From: Ilumatobacteraceae bacterium
Lineage (GTDB): Bacteria > Actinomycetota > Acidimicrobiia > Acidimicrobiales > Ilumatobacteraceae
Assembly: GCA_044237775.1 (NCBI GenBank)
Contig: JBIIEO010000003.1
Coordinates: 34,100-98,099 of the forward strand
DNA length: 64,000 bases
Reading direction: 5' to 3'
Under the pieces are notes generated by a model that had not been told where the DNA came from, made no database searches, and was given only the letters and a program-made list of their open reading frames with translations. Both the position numbers and the translations under genes were made by a program. Positions 1 through 8,549 of this stretch are shown here, piece after piece (positions within the stretch are counted from its first letter, which is position 1; every line of letters begins with the position of its first letter).

Positions 1-568
1 ACGGGAGCTGATCCTTCAGTTGCGCATCGGTCGAACACGCATAACGCATCGCCCGGGCGAAGCATTTGAACACCGCTTCCACCTTGTGGTGCGACGACCG
101 ACCATAGAGCACTTTGGCGTGCAGGTTTGCTCCGCAGGCATTGACGAATCCGCCAAAGAAGTCGGGCAATAACTCCACCTGCAAGTCACCCACGGTGACC
201 GCGCGGATCTTGTCGGCATACACGAGTGCGGGTCGGCCGCTCAGGTCAACCGCGACGACGCAGAGCGTTTCGTCCATCGGCAGCACGAAATAGCCCGCGC
301 GATTGATGCCGACCTTTTTACCGAGGGCCTTTTTAAATGCCTCGCCGAGGGCGATGCCGACGTCTTCGACGGTGTGGTGTTGATCGATGTCGAGGTCGCC
401 GCGCGCCTTCACGGTGAGGTCGAAACCTCCGTGTTTAGCGAAGAGTTCGAGCATGTGGTCGAGAAACCGAATGCCGGTGTCGATGCTGTAGGAGCCTTTT
501 CCCTCGATCGACAATGAAATGGCGATCGATGTCTCCTTGGTTTCGCGCTTGACGGTCGACTTTCTCAT
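1..568 (-). CDS. hisB: Imidazoleglycerol-phosphate dehydratase (3' end cut by the window edge)
   Basis: Open-ended minus-strand frame, absent from the ORF track because it runs off the window. My translation from the ATG at 568..566 reads [51 protein letters not shown]...[17 protein letters not shown]...[11 protein letters not shown], which carries the IGPD signatures. The ATG overlaps the hisC stop (ATGA). Position after hisD-hisC fits. Confidence 0.9.
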   Translation of the reverse strand, partial: MRKSTVKRETKETSIAISLSIEGKGSYSIDTGIRFLDHMLELFAKHGGFDLTVKARGDLDIDQHHTVEDVGIALGEAFKKALGKKVGINRAGYFVLPMDETLCVVAVDLSGRPALVYADKIRAVTVGDLQVELLPDFFGGFVNACGANLHAKVLYGRSSHHKVEAVFKCFARAMRYACSTDAQLKDQLP

Positions 569-1614
569 GTGTGTTCCTCCACGATTGAAATGAAAAGCTC
601 CATTTGTTTTTGCGTTCCGATGGTGACGCGCAGGCAGCCATCAATTTCGTGACTGCGATCGCGCACGAGCACCCCTTCACTTCGCAGTGCGGCCCACAGC
701 GGTTCCCTGCGCTCACCCGCAACGACGAGCAGAAAGTTGGCATCACTCGGAAACACGCGATAGCCCAGCGCGCGAAGCCGATCGCTTGTAGATTGTCGTG
801 CTGCGAGCACCTCGGTGACGTACTGATTGACGTAGTCAGGCTTGGCGATTGCCGCCGCTGCGGCCACTGCAGCCAGCGCATTGACGCTGTAGGGCGACTG
901 CGCCCGACGCACCCACTGCAGCGCATCGGGTGCCGCAACGAGACAACCGCAGCGCAGACCGGCAAGACCGTAGGCCTTCGAAAACGTGCGGCTGACGACC
1001 AGGTTGGGATACTCATCGATCAACTCGATCGCCGTCATCCCGCTGAACTCCACATACGCCTCGTCGATCAACACCACCGCATCAGGTGCTCGCTCCAAAA
1101 TCCGTCGCACGGCATCGATGGGCAGCGCGCCGCCGGTGGGATTATTCGGATTAGCCACGAACACCGCGTCCACTCCGGTGTCGATGACCGCAAGGAGTTC
1201 GTCGAGCGGGAAGGCAAGGTCGTCGTCGAGGCGATACGCCACCGGCACCACCTCGACGCCCGCAACCTCGGCGTAGAACCGATACATGGCATATGACGGC
1301 TCGAGGATCACCAGCCGATCGCCAGATTCGAGGAACGTATTGACGAGCAACTGGATTGCCTCGTCGGTGCCGTTGGTCAACACGACGTGATCGCTCGTCA
1401 CGCCAAGACCGCGAGCGATCACCGGAAGCGCCTGCGAATAGTCGGGATACATCGCGAGCGTCTCACCCGTCACCGCCCCACGAATCGCCTCGATTACCGC
1501 ATCACTTACCGATGTGGTGTTTTCATTGAAGTCAAGGCGCAGCGCACCGTCACGATTACCTGTTGGCGGAACATACGGGCGCATGGCGCGCACGGAGGGT
1601 CGTGGGTCACGCAT
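565..1614 (-). CDS. hisC: Histidinol-phosphate aminotransferase
   Basis: ORF 565..1707. Class II aminotransferase pattern: [34 protein letters not shown]. Start moved to the ATG at 1614 ([17 protein letters not shown]), which overlaps the hisD stop by 8 nt. The track's longer N-terminus would run inside hisD. Confidence 0.9.
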   Translation of the reverse strand: MRDPRPSVRAMRPYVPPTGNRDGALRLDFNENTTSVSDAVIEAIRGAVTGETLAMYPDYSQALPVIARGLGVTSDHVVLTNGTDEAIQLLVNTFLESGDRLVILEPSYAMYRFYAEVAGVEVVPVAYRLDDDLAFPLDELLAVIDTGVDAVFVANPNNPTGGALPIDAVRRILERAPDAVVLIDEAYVEFSGMTAIELIDEYPNLVVSRTFSKAYGLAGLRCGCLVAAPDALQWVRRAQSPYSVNALAAVAAAAAIAKPDYVNQYVTEVLAARQSTSDRLRALGYRVFPSDANFLLVVAGERREPLWAALRSEGVLVRDRSHEIDGCLRVTIGTQKQMELFISIVEEHT

Positions 1615-2839
1615 CGAGCCGAACCTCCACGCTGCGCGCGTGGGCCTCGAGCCCCTCTGCCCGCGCGAGTGACACCGTGGCAGGCGCAACACTCGCAAGA
1701 GCATCACGATTAAGTCGCTGCACGGTGATGACCTTCACAAAGTCATTAACCGACAGCCCTCCGCGTAGGGCCGCTACGCCCATCGTGGGCAACACATGGT
1801 TTGGCCCACTCACATAGTCGCCCACCGCCTCGGTGCTCCACGGCCCAAGGAAAATCGACCCCGCGTTGACGATCCCCGCAAGAAGGTCGGGATCATGCAG
1901 CGAGAGGTGCTCGGGTGCACACGTGTTGATCGTTGCCACCACTTCGGCATCATTGCGACACACCACGACTGCCGAGTTGTCGTCAATTGCGCGTTGTGCG
2001 ACGTCACGCGTGGGCAAGCAATCCAACTGGCGGTCGATCTCCTCGGCCACGCGGACACCAAGATCGCGCGACGTGGTCACCAGAATCGCGCGTGCACGCA
2101 CGTCGTGTTCGGCCTGCGCCAACATGTCGGCGGCAATCCATCGCACATCGCCCTCGTTTGCGGCGATCAGAATCTCACTTGGCCCGGCCACAAAATCGAT
2201 CCCCACGTCGCCAGCGACCTGTCGCTTGGCTTCGGCTACGTAGGCATTGCCCGGCCCGACGATGCGTTGAACTCGCCCAATGCTTGCTGTGCCGTACGCC
2301 ATTGCCGCAATTGCCTGTGCACCACCAATACGCAGCACTGATTCGATACCAAGGCGCGCGGCGACGGCGAGAATTTCCGGCGTGGGCTTCGGGCATGCCA
2401 CTTCGATCGATTGCACGCCCGCCACGCGCGCGGGCACCACTGCCATGATCAACGAACTAATGAGCGGATAGCGGCCGGCTGGTACATATACGCCGACGCG
2501 TTCGAGGGGGCGAATCACCTGCCCGAGTGCCCGACCGTCGTCGTACTCCTTCGCCCACGAGGTCTGCAACTGTTCGCGCGCGAAGTCGTCAATGTTGGCT
2601 ATTGCGCAATCAACCGCTTCCGCCAAGTCGGGCGACAGTTCGCCCCCCGTTGCCACGCGCATCGTCGCGGCGGTGAGCTCGACACCATCGAACTGGCGCG
2701 CATAGTCAAACACCGCCTCGTCTCCCCGGCTGCGCACCGCGGCAATGATCTGGTGCACCGCCGCATCGATTGCATCGTCGCGATCGGCAGACCGACGCAA
2801 CCACTCCCCGGCCTCGTCGGAGTCGATGATGCGCAACAT
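1607..2839 (-). CDS. hisD: Histidinol dehydrogenase
   Basis: 410-aa ORF with typical HisD segments (GVYVPGG.YPL, QAEHD, GDYVSGPNHVLPT). 1-nt overlap with the hisG stop (TGATG). Confidence 0.95.
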   Translation of the reverse strand: MLRIIDSDEAGEWLRRSADRDDAIDAAVHQIIAAVRSRGDEAVFDYARQFDGVELTAATMRVATGGELSPDLAEAVDCAIANIDDFAREQLQTSWAKEYDDGRALGQVIRPLERVGVYVPAGRYPLISSLIMAVVPARVAGVQSIEVACPKPTPEILAVAARLGIESVLRIGGAQAIAAMAYGTASIGRVQRIVGPGNAYVAEAKRQVAGDVGIDFVAGPSEILIAANEGDVRWIAADMLAQAEHDVRARAILVTTSRDLGVRVAEEIDRQLDCLPTRDVAQRAIDDNSAVVVCRNDAEVVATINTCAPEHLSLHDPDLLAGIVNAGSIFLGPWSTEAVGDYVSGPNHVLPTMGVAALRGGLSVNDFVKVITVQRLNRDALASVAPATVSLARAEGLEAHARSVEVRLDA

Positions 2840-3708
2840 CAGGCCACGATCTTGTTGAGCGGATATTCGACAATTCCTGTGGCGCCGGCGTCTTTCAGGC
2901 GCGGGATGATGGCCCGCACTGTTGACTCCTCAAGAATCGTGTTCAGCGCCAGCCAGTCGTCATCGGCCAGCTGCGACACGGTTGGCGTTTTCAGTGCGGG
3001 AAGCACCTCGAGCACCGCGGCTAAACCTGAACGCGGCACGTTCATCATCAGCCCCACTTTGCCCATGGCGTTGATAGCGCCCTCGAGGAGCATCTTGATG
3101 TCGAGCATCTGGCGACGCTTGTCTTCATTCGCCCAAGCATCTGCGTTGGCGATGAATTGCGTGTTCGATTCGAGCACCGTTTCAACGATGCGCAAGTTGT
3201 TGGCCCGCAGCGACGAACCCGTCTCGGTGACTTCGACAATCGCATCTGCCAACACCGGCGGCTTGACCTCGGTGGCCCCCCAACTGAACTCCACCTTGGC
3301 GTTCACGCCGTTGGCCTCGAGATACCGCTGCGTCGTGGCCACGAGCTCGGTCGCAATGACCTTGCCCTCGAGATCGCGCACGCTCGTCACCGACGAGTCG
3401 TTGGGTACCGCGAGCACCCAGCGCACGCGGCCGAAGCTCTGCTTGGCGTACACCAAGTCGGCCACCGGCTGGACACGTGCACCCGATTCGGCCACCCAGT
3501 CGAGGCCCGTGAGCCCCGCGTCCAAGATGCCGTCTTCTACATAGCGCGCCATTTCTTGTGCGCGAATCAACATGCACTCGATCGAGGGGTCGTCAATGAC
3601 GGGAAAATACGAACGGCTACTTACCGTGATTTGATACCCGGCCCGTCGAAATAGGTCGATGGTCGCGGCCTCGAGGCTGCCCTTGGGGATACCGAGCTTG
3701 AGTGTCAT
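2839..3708 (-). CDS. hisG: ATP phosphoribosyltransferase (long form)
   Basis: 289-aa [28 protein letters not shown]...[10 protein letters not shown]. Long-form HisG with a C-terminal regulatory domain. 4-nt overlap with hisI. Confidence 0.9.
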   Translation of the reverse strand: MTLKLGIPKGSLEAATIDLFRRAGYQITVSSRSYFPVIDDPSIECMLIRAQEMARYVEDGILDAGLTGLDWVAESGARVQPVADLVYAKQSFGRVRWVLAVPNDSSVTSVRDLEGKVIATELVATTQRYLEANGVNAKVEFSWGATEVKPPVLADAIVEVTETGSSLRANNLRIVETVLESNTQFIANADAWANEDKRRQMLDIKMLLEGAINAMGKVGLMMNVPRSGLAAVLEVLPALKTPTVSQLADDDWLALNTILEESTVRAIIPRLKDAGATGIVEYPLNKIVA

Positions 3709-4106
3709 CGCGCACCGCCGTACACCGACTCAGGGGCGTAGGTGGGTGTCTCATTCGTTTGCCACTCGCCATCCACATTGAGGCGAAAGAAGCAACTGGC
3801 AAATCCCTCGTGACACACGCCGGGGCCATTTGCCTTCACGCGAACTACCAGCGAATCAACATCGCAGTCGGTGAGGATGTCGACCACCTCCAACGTGTTG
3901 CCTGACGTTTCGCCCTTCGTCCACAGCCGCCCTTTGGTGCGGCTGAAAAAGGTCACGACGCCAGTGGCGCGTGTGGTGCGAAAGGCCTCGTCGTTCATGA
4001 ATCCGACCATCAGCACGCGATTGGTGTCTGCGTCCTGAATCACGGCCGGCACGAGGCCGCCGAGCTTGTCGAAATCGAGCGTGGATGTTGGTTCAGTTGT
4101 GGTCAT
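3705..4106 (-). CDS. hisI: Phosphoribosyl-AMP cyclohydrolase
   Basis: 133-aa ORF with GLVPAVIQD...MVGFMN.EA...[19 protein letters not shown]...DCD.D.L. GGAG Shine-Dalgarno 8 nt upstream of the ATG at 4106. First gene of the hisIGDCB string. Confidence 0.9.
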   Translation of the reverse strand: MTTTEPTSTLDFDKLGGLVPAVIQDADTNRVLMVGFMNDEAFRTTRATGVVTFFSRTKGRLWTKGETSGNTLEVVDILTDCDVDSLVVRVKANGPGVCHEGFASCFFRLNVDGEWQTNETPTYAPESVYGGAR

Positions 4107-4142
4107 GGTGTTGCTCCTGTGCAGTGAATAAAGGGGGGAAAT

Positions 4143-4169
4143 GAAAAACCCGCCGGTGTGACCGGCGGG
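4143..4169 (-). terminator. Intrinsic terminator; proposed attenuator of the his operon, and also terminator of the upstream operon
   Basis: Minus-strand RNA reads CCCGCCGG-UCACA-CCGGCGGG-UUUUUC: a perfect 8-bp GC stem (4169..4162 pairs with 4156..4149), a 5-nt loop and a 5-U tract (4148..4144). There is no U tract in the plus orientation. It lies 37 nt upstream of the hisI ATG and 30 nt downstream of the His-rich mini-ORF stop. Confidence 0.75.
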
Positions 4170-4198
4170 CTCGCGATGGTTCTGAAGAACCGGGTGCG

Positions 4199-4261
4199 CT
4201 ACTGATGAGCCCGACGTGTCACGTGATGCACGTGATGGTGGGCATGATGCGCGAAGAACAT
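4199..4261 (-). CDS. His-rich leader peptide (20 aa), hisL-like
   Basis: Hand translation of the minus strand: ATG TTC TTC GCG CAT CAT GCC CAC CAT CAC GTG CAT CAC GTG ACA CGT CGG GCT CAT CAG TAG = MFFAHHAHHHVHHVTRRAHQ*. 8 of 20 codons are His, 7 of them within codons 5-13. Too short for the ORF track. Its 3' part can pair with the 5' arm of the terminator. Confidence 0.55.
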   Translation of the reverse strand: MFFAHHAHHHVHHVTRRAHQ

Positions 4262-4271
4262 GAGAACGATG

Positions 4272-4300
4272 ACGCTAACGAGAACGCGGCGCCACGACAA
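4272..4300 (-). promoter_or_regulatory. Candidate sigma-A-type promoter for the leader/his transcript
   Basis: Minus strand: TTGTCG (4300..4295), a 17-nt spacer, TAGCGT (4277..4272, fits TANNNT), then 10 nt to the leader ATG. No Shine-Dalgarno is present, so the transcript would be leaderless or nearly so. Motif match only. Confidence 0.25.
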
Positions 4301-4304
4301 CCTG

Positions 4305-5510
4305 TTATTCGAGAATTGCCGGACGCGCACTCATCTCGAGCATGAGATCAGTGCCCGTGTACGGGTGGGCCAACGCGACCTCTTCGTTGAGTTCGACGCC
4401 GAGCCCCGGCTCGGTTGGTGGTATCACGAAGCCGTTATCGAACGTGATTGGCTTCTTCAGAATCTTCGCGTGGAAGCCGTCCCAGCGTTGGATGCTCTCC
4501 AGAATGAGGAAGTTGGGCGAACAGGTGGCCAACTGAATGTTGGCGGCGCCGACGATTGGGCCGCAATACAAGTGAGGCGCGATTTGGGCGTGATACACCT
4601 CGGCCATGCCGGCGATTTTTTTTGCCTCTAGCAACCCACCGCATCGACCCAGGTTCATCTGGATGATTGAGGCGGCACCAGTGGACAACAGGCGATGGAA
4701 CTCATACTTGGAGGTCAGCCGCTCCCCCGCCGAAATCGGGATGCTGGTCGCACGCGCCACCTTGGCAATCTCCTCGGGGCTATCCGGTGGCACCGGTTCT
4801 TCGAACCACAACGGATCGTATTTTTCGAGTCGCTTGGCCAACCGAATGGCGCCAGAGGCGGTGAACTGTCCGTGCGTGCCAAACAGAATGTCGGCACGAG
4901 TGCCGACGGCCTCGCGTACTGCACGCACCATCTTTTCCGATCGATCGATGGCCTCGAGCGCGGGCTGGCGGCCGTCGTACACCGAGTACCGCCCGGCAGG
5001 GTCGAACTTCACGCCAGTGAATCCGCGCTGCACCGCCACGACAGCCGACTCGGCCGCAGCCTGCGGGTCGCTGTAGACGGGATGATCGGCATACACGTCG
5101 ACGTCGTCTGGCGGATACAGATACGTGTAACACCGCAACTTGTCGTGCACGCGTCCGCCGAGTAGCTCGTAGACGGGTTTTCCCGTCTCCTTGCCGCAGA
5201 TATCCCACATCGCCATCTCGAGTCCACTGACGATGCCACCCAACGTGAGGTCGGGACGCAGTGCATAGCCACGCCCATACACGTTGCGCCACATGTGCTC
5301 GATGTGGAAAGGATCCTGCCCGACGACGTGGCGCTCGGCGACTTCCTCTGCCATCTTCGCCACGAGATGTGGCGAAAACGTTGCCGTGTAGATCTCGCCG
5401 ATACCCGTCACGCCACTGTCCGTCGTGAGTTTGACGAAGATGAAATAGCGGCCGCCGTGTCGCGGAGGCGGATTACCCACCACGAACGTCGTGACGCCAG
5501 TGATCTTCAT
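4305..5510 (-). CDS. Enolase-superfamily enzyme (mandelate racemase / acid-sugar dehydratase-like)
   Basis: 401-aa ORF, MKITGVTTFVVGNPPPRHGGRYFIFVKLTTDSGVTGIGE...GLEMAMWDI.GK..G.PVYELLGG. This is a typical MR/MLE N-terminal plus barrel pattern. Last gene of a six-gene operon. Confidence 0.85.
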   Translation of the reverse strand: MKITGVTTFVVGNPPPRHGGRYFIFVKLTTDSGVTGIGEIYTATFSPHLVAKMAEEVAERHVVGQDPFHIEHMWRNVYGRGYALRPDLTLGGIVSGLEMAMWDICGKETGKPVYELLGGRVHDKLRCYTYLYPPDDVDVYADHPVYSDPQAAAESAVVAVQRGFTGVKFDPAGRYSVYDGRQPALEAIDRSEKMVRAVREAVGTRADILFGTHGQFTASGAIRLAKRLEKYDPLWFEEPVPPDSPEEIAKVARATSIPISAGERLTSKYEFHRLLSTGAASIIQMNLGRCGGLLEAKKIAGMAEVYHAQIAPHLYCGPIVGAANIQLATCSPNFLILESIQRWDGFHAKILKKPITFDNGFVIPPTEPGLGVELNEEVALAHPYTGTDLMLEMSARPAILE

Positions 5511-5511
5511 T

Positions 5512-6591
5512 TCAGAACACGATCACGTTGCGCAGGGCCTCGCCACGCTTTACCGCTGCAATTGCCTCGTTGATCTTTTCGAGCGGGTAGGTCTTCGTCA
5601 CCAACTCATCGAGTTTGACGCGACCTTGGCCATAGAGGTCGACCAAATTGGGAATGTCCACCTGGATGCGGGCCGAGCCCATCTTCGAGCCGAGGATGTT
5701 CTGGCTGTATGCGGCCATCGTGCCGGGATCGATCTCCGACATCACTCCCGATGCAGGCATGCCGACAAGCACCACCGATCCACCCTTGGCAAGCAGGCCA
5801 TATGACGAGTCAAATGCCGACTTGGCACCCACAGTGACAAAGACGTAGTCGGCGCCGTGACCCTCGGTGATTGCACTCACCTGTTCGGCAACGTTGCCCG
5901 TCATCGAGTTCACACCGTGCGTGGCGCCGAATTCCTTCGCAGCTTCCAGCTTGTTGTCGGCAATGTCGACGGCGATCACCGTGCGCGCGCCTGAGACATG
6001 CGCGCCCTGGATGGCATTCAAGCCAACGCCGCCCGTGCCAATGACGACAACATGGCTTCCCGCAGGCATGCGAGCCGTGTTGGTGACCGCACCGAAACCG
6101 GTGATGACGCCGCAAGCGAGCAACGATGCACTTGCCATCTTCATGGATGTGGGAATCGCAACGCACTGTGATTCGTGCACGAGCACGTATTCAGCAAATC
6201 CGCCGGTGCGCATGCTCTGCACCACCGACTTGCCGTCCTTGTCGGTGATCGGCGACTTGGCATCGAGGGGAAACTGCGTGGAGCATGTAACCGGGTTGCC
6301 GGTACTACAACCGTGACAATGGCCGCAGGAACGAATGAGGGTAACCACCACGTGATCACCGGCTTTCACCGTGGTCACGCCCGTGCCTACCGTTTCCACC
6401 ACGCCCGAACATTCATGGCCGTACACGGCGGGCAGCTCGCCGCCCCACGACCCATCGGCATACGAGATATCGCTGTGACAAATTGCGACGGCAGACACCT
6501 TGACCCGCACCTCGCCGGGGCCGGCGTCTGCAAGACGCACCTCCTCGATGACGAGGGGCTTGCCGAACTCGCGACACACAGCAGCTTTCAT
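5512..6591 (-). CDS. Zn-dependent alcohol dehydrogenase (class III / mycothiol-dependent ADH-like)
   Basis: MKAAVCREFGKPLVIEEV...CHSD...GHECSGVVETVG...CGHCHGC...GTGGVGL. Start moved to the ATG at 6591 (GAAGGAA Shine-Dalgarno upstream), because the track start at 6672 would overlap the upstream gene. Confidence 0.85.
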   Translation of the reverse strand: MKAAVCREFGKPLVIEEVRLADAGPGEVRVKVSAVAICHSDISYADGSWGGELPAVYGHECSGVVETVGTGVTTVKAGDHVVVTLIRSCGHCHGCSTGNPVTCSTQFPLDAKSPITDKDGKSVVQSMRTGGFAEYVLVHESQCVAIPTSMKMASASLLACGVITGFGAVTNTARMPAGSHVVVIGTGGVGLNAIQGAHVSGARTVIAVDIADNKLEAAKEFGATHGVNSMTGNVAEQVSAITEGHGADYVFVTVGAKSAFDSSYGLLAKGGSVVLVGMPASGVMSEIDPGTMAAYSQNILGSKMGSARIQVDIPNLVDLYGQGRVKLDELVTKTYPLEKINEAIAAVKRGEALRNVIVF

Positions 6592-6625
6592 TGTGGGTAT
6601 TCCTTCGTTGGTTGTAGTGGGTGAA

Positions 6626-7744
6626 TTAGCGCGATGCAAGTGCGGCGTGCTCGAGAATTGCGAGTCGACCATACAACTCGTCGGTCTCGATGTAACACGA
6701 CTGCAGGTGACGGCTACCGCCCGAGGTGAACCCGGTGCGTCCGTGCATCACGCGACGGTTATTGACCATGTACATCTCGCCCGCGCCCATGGGGACCTGG
6801 ATGCGATAGCGCGGATCTTCGCGCATTGTCCCGAATGTTGCATACGCGTCGTAGAACGCTTCCATCTTGTTGGAGTCAATGAGGAATGGCTGGCATGAAT
6901 GGTTGGAGAACCGCACGGCCTTAACTTCGCCAGCCGGATCCAACTCGATGATCGGGCCATCGTTTTCAAGCACGATGTCGACGTCGGCGAAATGGAAGTA
7001 CAGCTCGGTGTTGCACAGCAGGTCGAACTTCTCGGGTGCCTGCTGACGCAAGTCGTGAGCAACCTTAAAGCCGTCCACCAACGTGGCATCGCCGCCGGTG
7101 GACTCGGAGACGAGGAAGTGTTGCAGCTGCACCGTGGGTGCAGGATCGCGGTATCCCTCATCGGTGTGCAGCACGAGCGGCAGGCTGGTGTAGGCCAACG
7201 AGTTGGCCTTGGCGATGGACTTGACGTCGAAGGTGCGCCCCCAACTCGTCTCGCGCACGCGGCCGAGTTCGTCGCCAATCTTGGCAACTGTGCCCTCAAC
7301 GTTGGGCAGGCCGGTCATGATCGCCACGCCATAGTCGCGAAATCCGCGGATCCATTCGATGCGTGCCTTCGTATCGCTGAACAACTGGTCGTAGGTCATG
7401 CGCGGCACGCGCGGCGCGAAGGAGCCATCCCACAGCGTGGGCTGCGGCTTCGAACGACGGGCGCCATTGGAGTAGTCGTAGCGCGCGAGCCACATCGGGT
7501 CGAATGTGCTGACGTGATCATCGTGCCACGACACCTGCAAGGCGCCGTCGACCACGCCTACTGTCGTCGGTGCAATATCGAGTGGAATCGATGAGGTTTC
7601 GTCGACCCGGTGGTTAGTCTGCGGATGACGCTTCTGCGGGCAGTTGTCACGTAACCAGACATGGTGAAATGTGCTTGTGTGCCCGTCACTCCACTGCACA
7701 CTCACGTGTCGTGGATGACTCTCGACTGCGACAATTGTTGCCAT
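6626..7744 (-). CDS. Fe(II)/2-oxoglutarate dioxygenase, gamma-butyrobetaine hydroxylase / TauD family with N-terminal DUF971-like domain
   Basis: 372-aa ORF. The N-terminus (VQWSDGHTSTFHHVWLRDNCPQ) resembles the BBOX/TMLH N-domain. Catalytic part has HTDEGY (HxD), a distal VMHGR and SRHLQ. AAGGAG Shine-Dalgarno upstream of the ATG at 7744. Confidence 0.85.
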   Translation of the reverse strand: MATIVAVESHPRHVSVQWSDGHTSTFHHVWLRDNCPQKRHPQTNHRVDETSSIPLDIAPTTVGVVDGALQVSWHDDHVSTFDPMWLARYDYSNGARRSKPQPTLWDGSFAPRVPRMTYDQLFSDTKARIEWIRGFRDYGVAIMTGLPNVEGTVAKIGDELGRVRETSWGRTFDVKSIAKANSLAYTSLPLVLHTDEGYRDPAPTVQLQHFLVSESTGGDATLVDGFKVAHDLRQQAPEKFDLLCNTELYFHFADVDIVLENDGPIIELDPAGEVKAVRFSNHSCQPFLIDSNKMEAFYDAYATFGTMREDPRYRIQVPMGAGEMYMVNNRRVMHGRTGFTSGGSRHLQSCYIETDELYGRLAILEHAALASR

Positions 7745-7755
7745 ACGGGTGCTCC

Positions 7756-8487
7756 TTACTTGCGGTAGTCCGGTTCGTGTTGATCGAGAATCTCGAGCAA
7801 CGCGCTCAAATGCAGATCAGCAAACTGCGGATACTCGCGCCACTGTTTGCAGGCAAGTGCGGCGGTTTCATGATCAACGAGCGACAACTCGCGTCCCGTT
7901 GACAACGCAAGTACCTGCAGTTGGGCGGCTTTTTCCAAGTAGTACAACTCGTCAAAGGCTTGCGCCACCGACTCGCCAACGACGATGACGCCATGGTTGC
8001 CAAGGAATAACACATCCTTGTCGTCGCTGAGCAGCGACGCGACACGCTCGCCTTCCTGCGGGTCGAGCGCCATGCCGGAGTAGTTGCGGTCATAGGCGAT
8101 GCGCTGATGAAAGCGGCACGCGTTTTGATCCAACATCAGGAACTCGAAGTCCTTCAGGCACGTAAGGGCCGTCGTGTACGGCATGTGCGTATGCAGAATG
8201 CAGCGAGCCCGCGGCACGTTGCGGTGTAGGTAACTGTGCAAAATCCATGCGGTGGGATCGACGTTGTGTGCGACCGGATCGCTTGCGCGGTCTGCGGTGT
8301 CGATCAGCTCCAGTTCGCTCGCACGAATCTGCGAAAAATGCCGGCCACGGGGGTTGATAAGAAATGACTGGCCGTCGTCGGAGACAGCGGCGCTGAAATG
8401 GTTTGCGGTGGCCTCGTGCAGATTGAGGCGTGCGGCCCAGCGGAACGCTGCCGCTAGTTCACGTCGCGTCTGCTTCTCTACGCCCAA
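7756..8487 (-). CDS. Class II aldolase / adducin-head family protein
   Basis: ORF 7756..8634 contains ...EATANHFSA...INP.G..F..I.ASELELID...ILHTHMPYTTAL...FLGNHGVIVVGESVAQAF. Start placed at the TTG at 8487, preceded by GGAGGA with 5-nt spacing. The track start would overlap the upstream gene by more than 80 nt. Confidence 0.8.
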   Translation of the reverse strand: MGVEKQTRRELAAAFRWAARLNLHEATANHFSAAVSDDGQSFLINPRGRHFSQIRASELELIDTADRASDPVAHNVDPTAWILHSYLHRNVPRARCILHTHMPYTTALTCLKDFEFLMLDQNACRFHQRIAYDRNYSGMALDPQEGERVASLLSDDKDVLFLGNHGVIVVGESVAQAFDELYYLEKAAQLQVLALSTGRELSLVDHETAALACKQWREYPQFADLHLSALLEILDQHEPDYRK

Positions 8488-8549
8488 CGCAATCCTCCGT
8501 TCGGATAGTCCCCCGCGCGCCCCATGTTGCCACCAGAGATGATACGGCG

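Noticed and set aside
4143-4169. Reading the hairpin plus U-tract only as the ordinary terminator of the upstream six-gene operon.
   Set aside because: Not fully rejected, since it probably also serves that role. That reading does not explain the His-run mini-ORF between the operon and the hairpin, nor the 14-bp alternative pairing of the mini-ORF's 3' end with the terminator's 5' arm. The attenuator interpretation is therefore reported as a finding.
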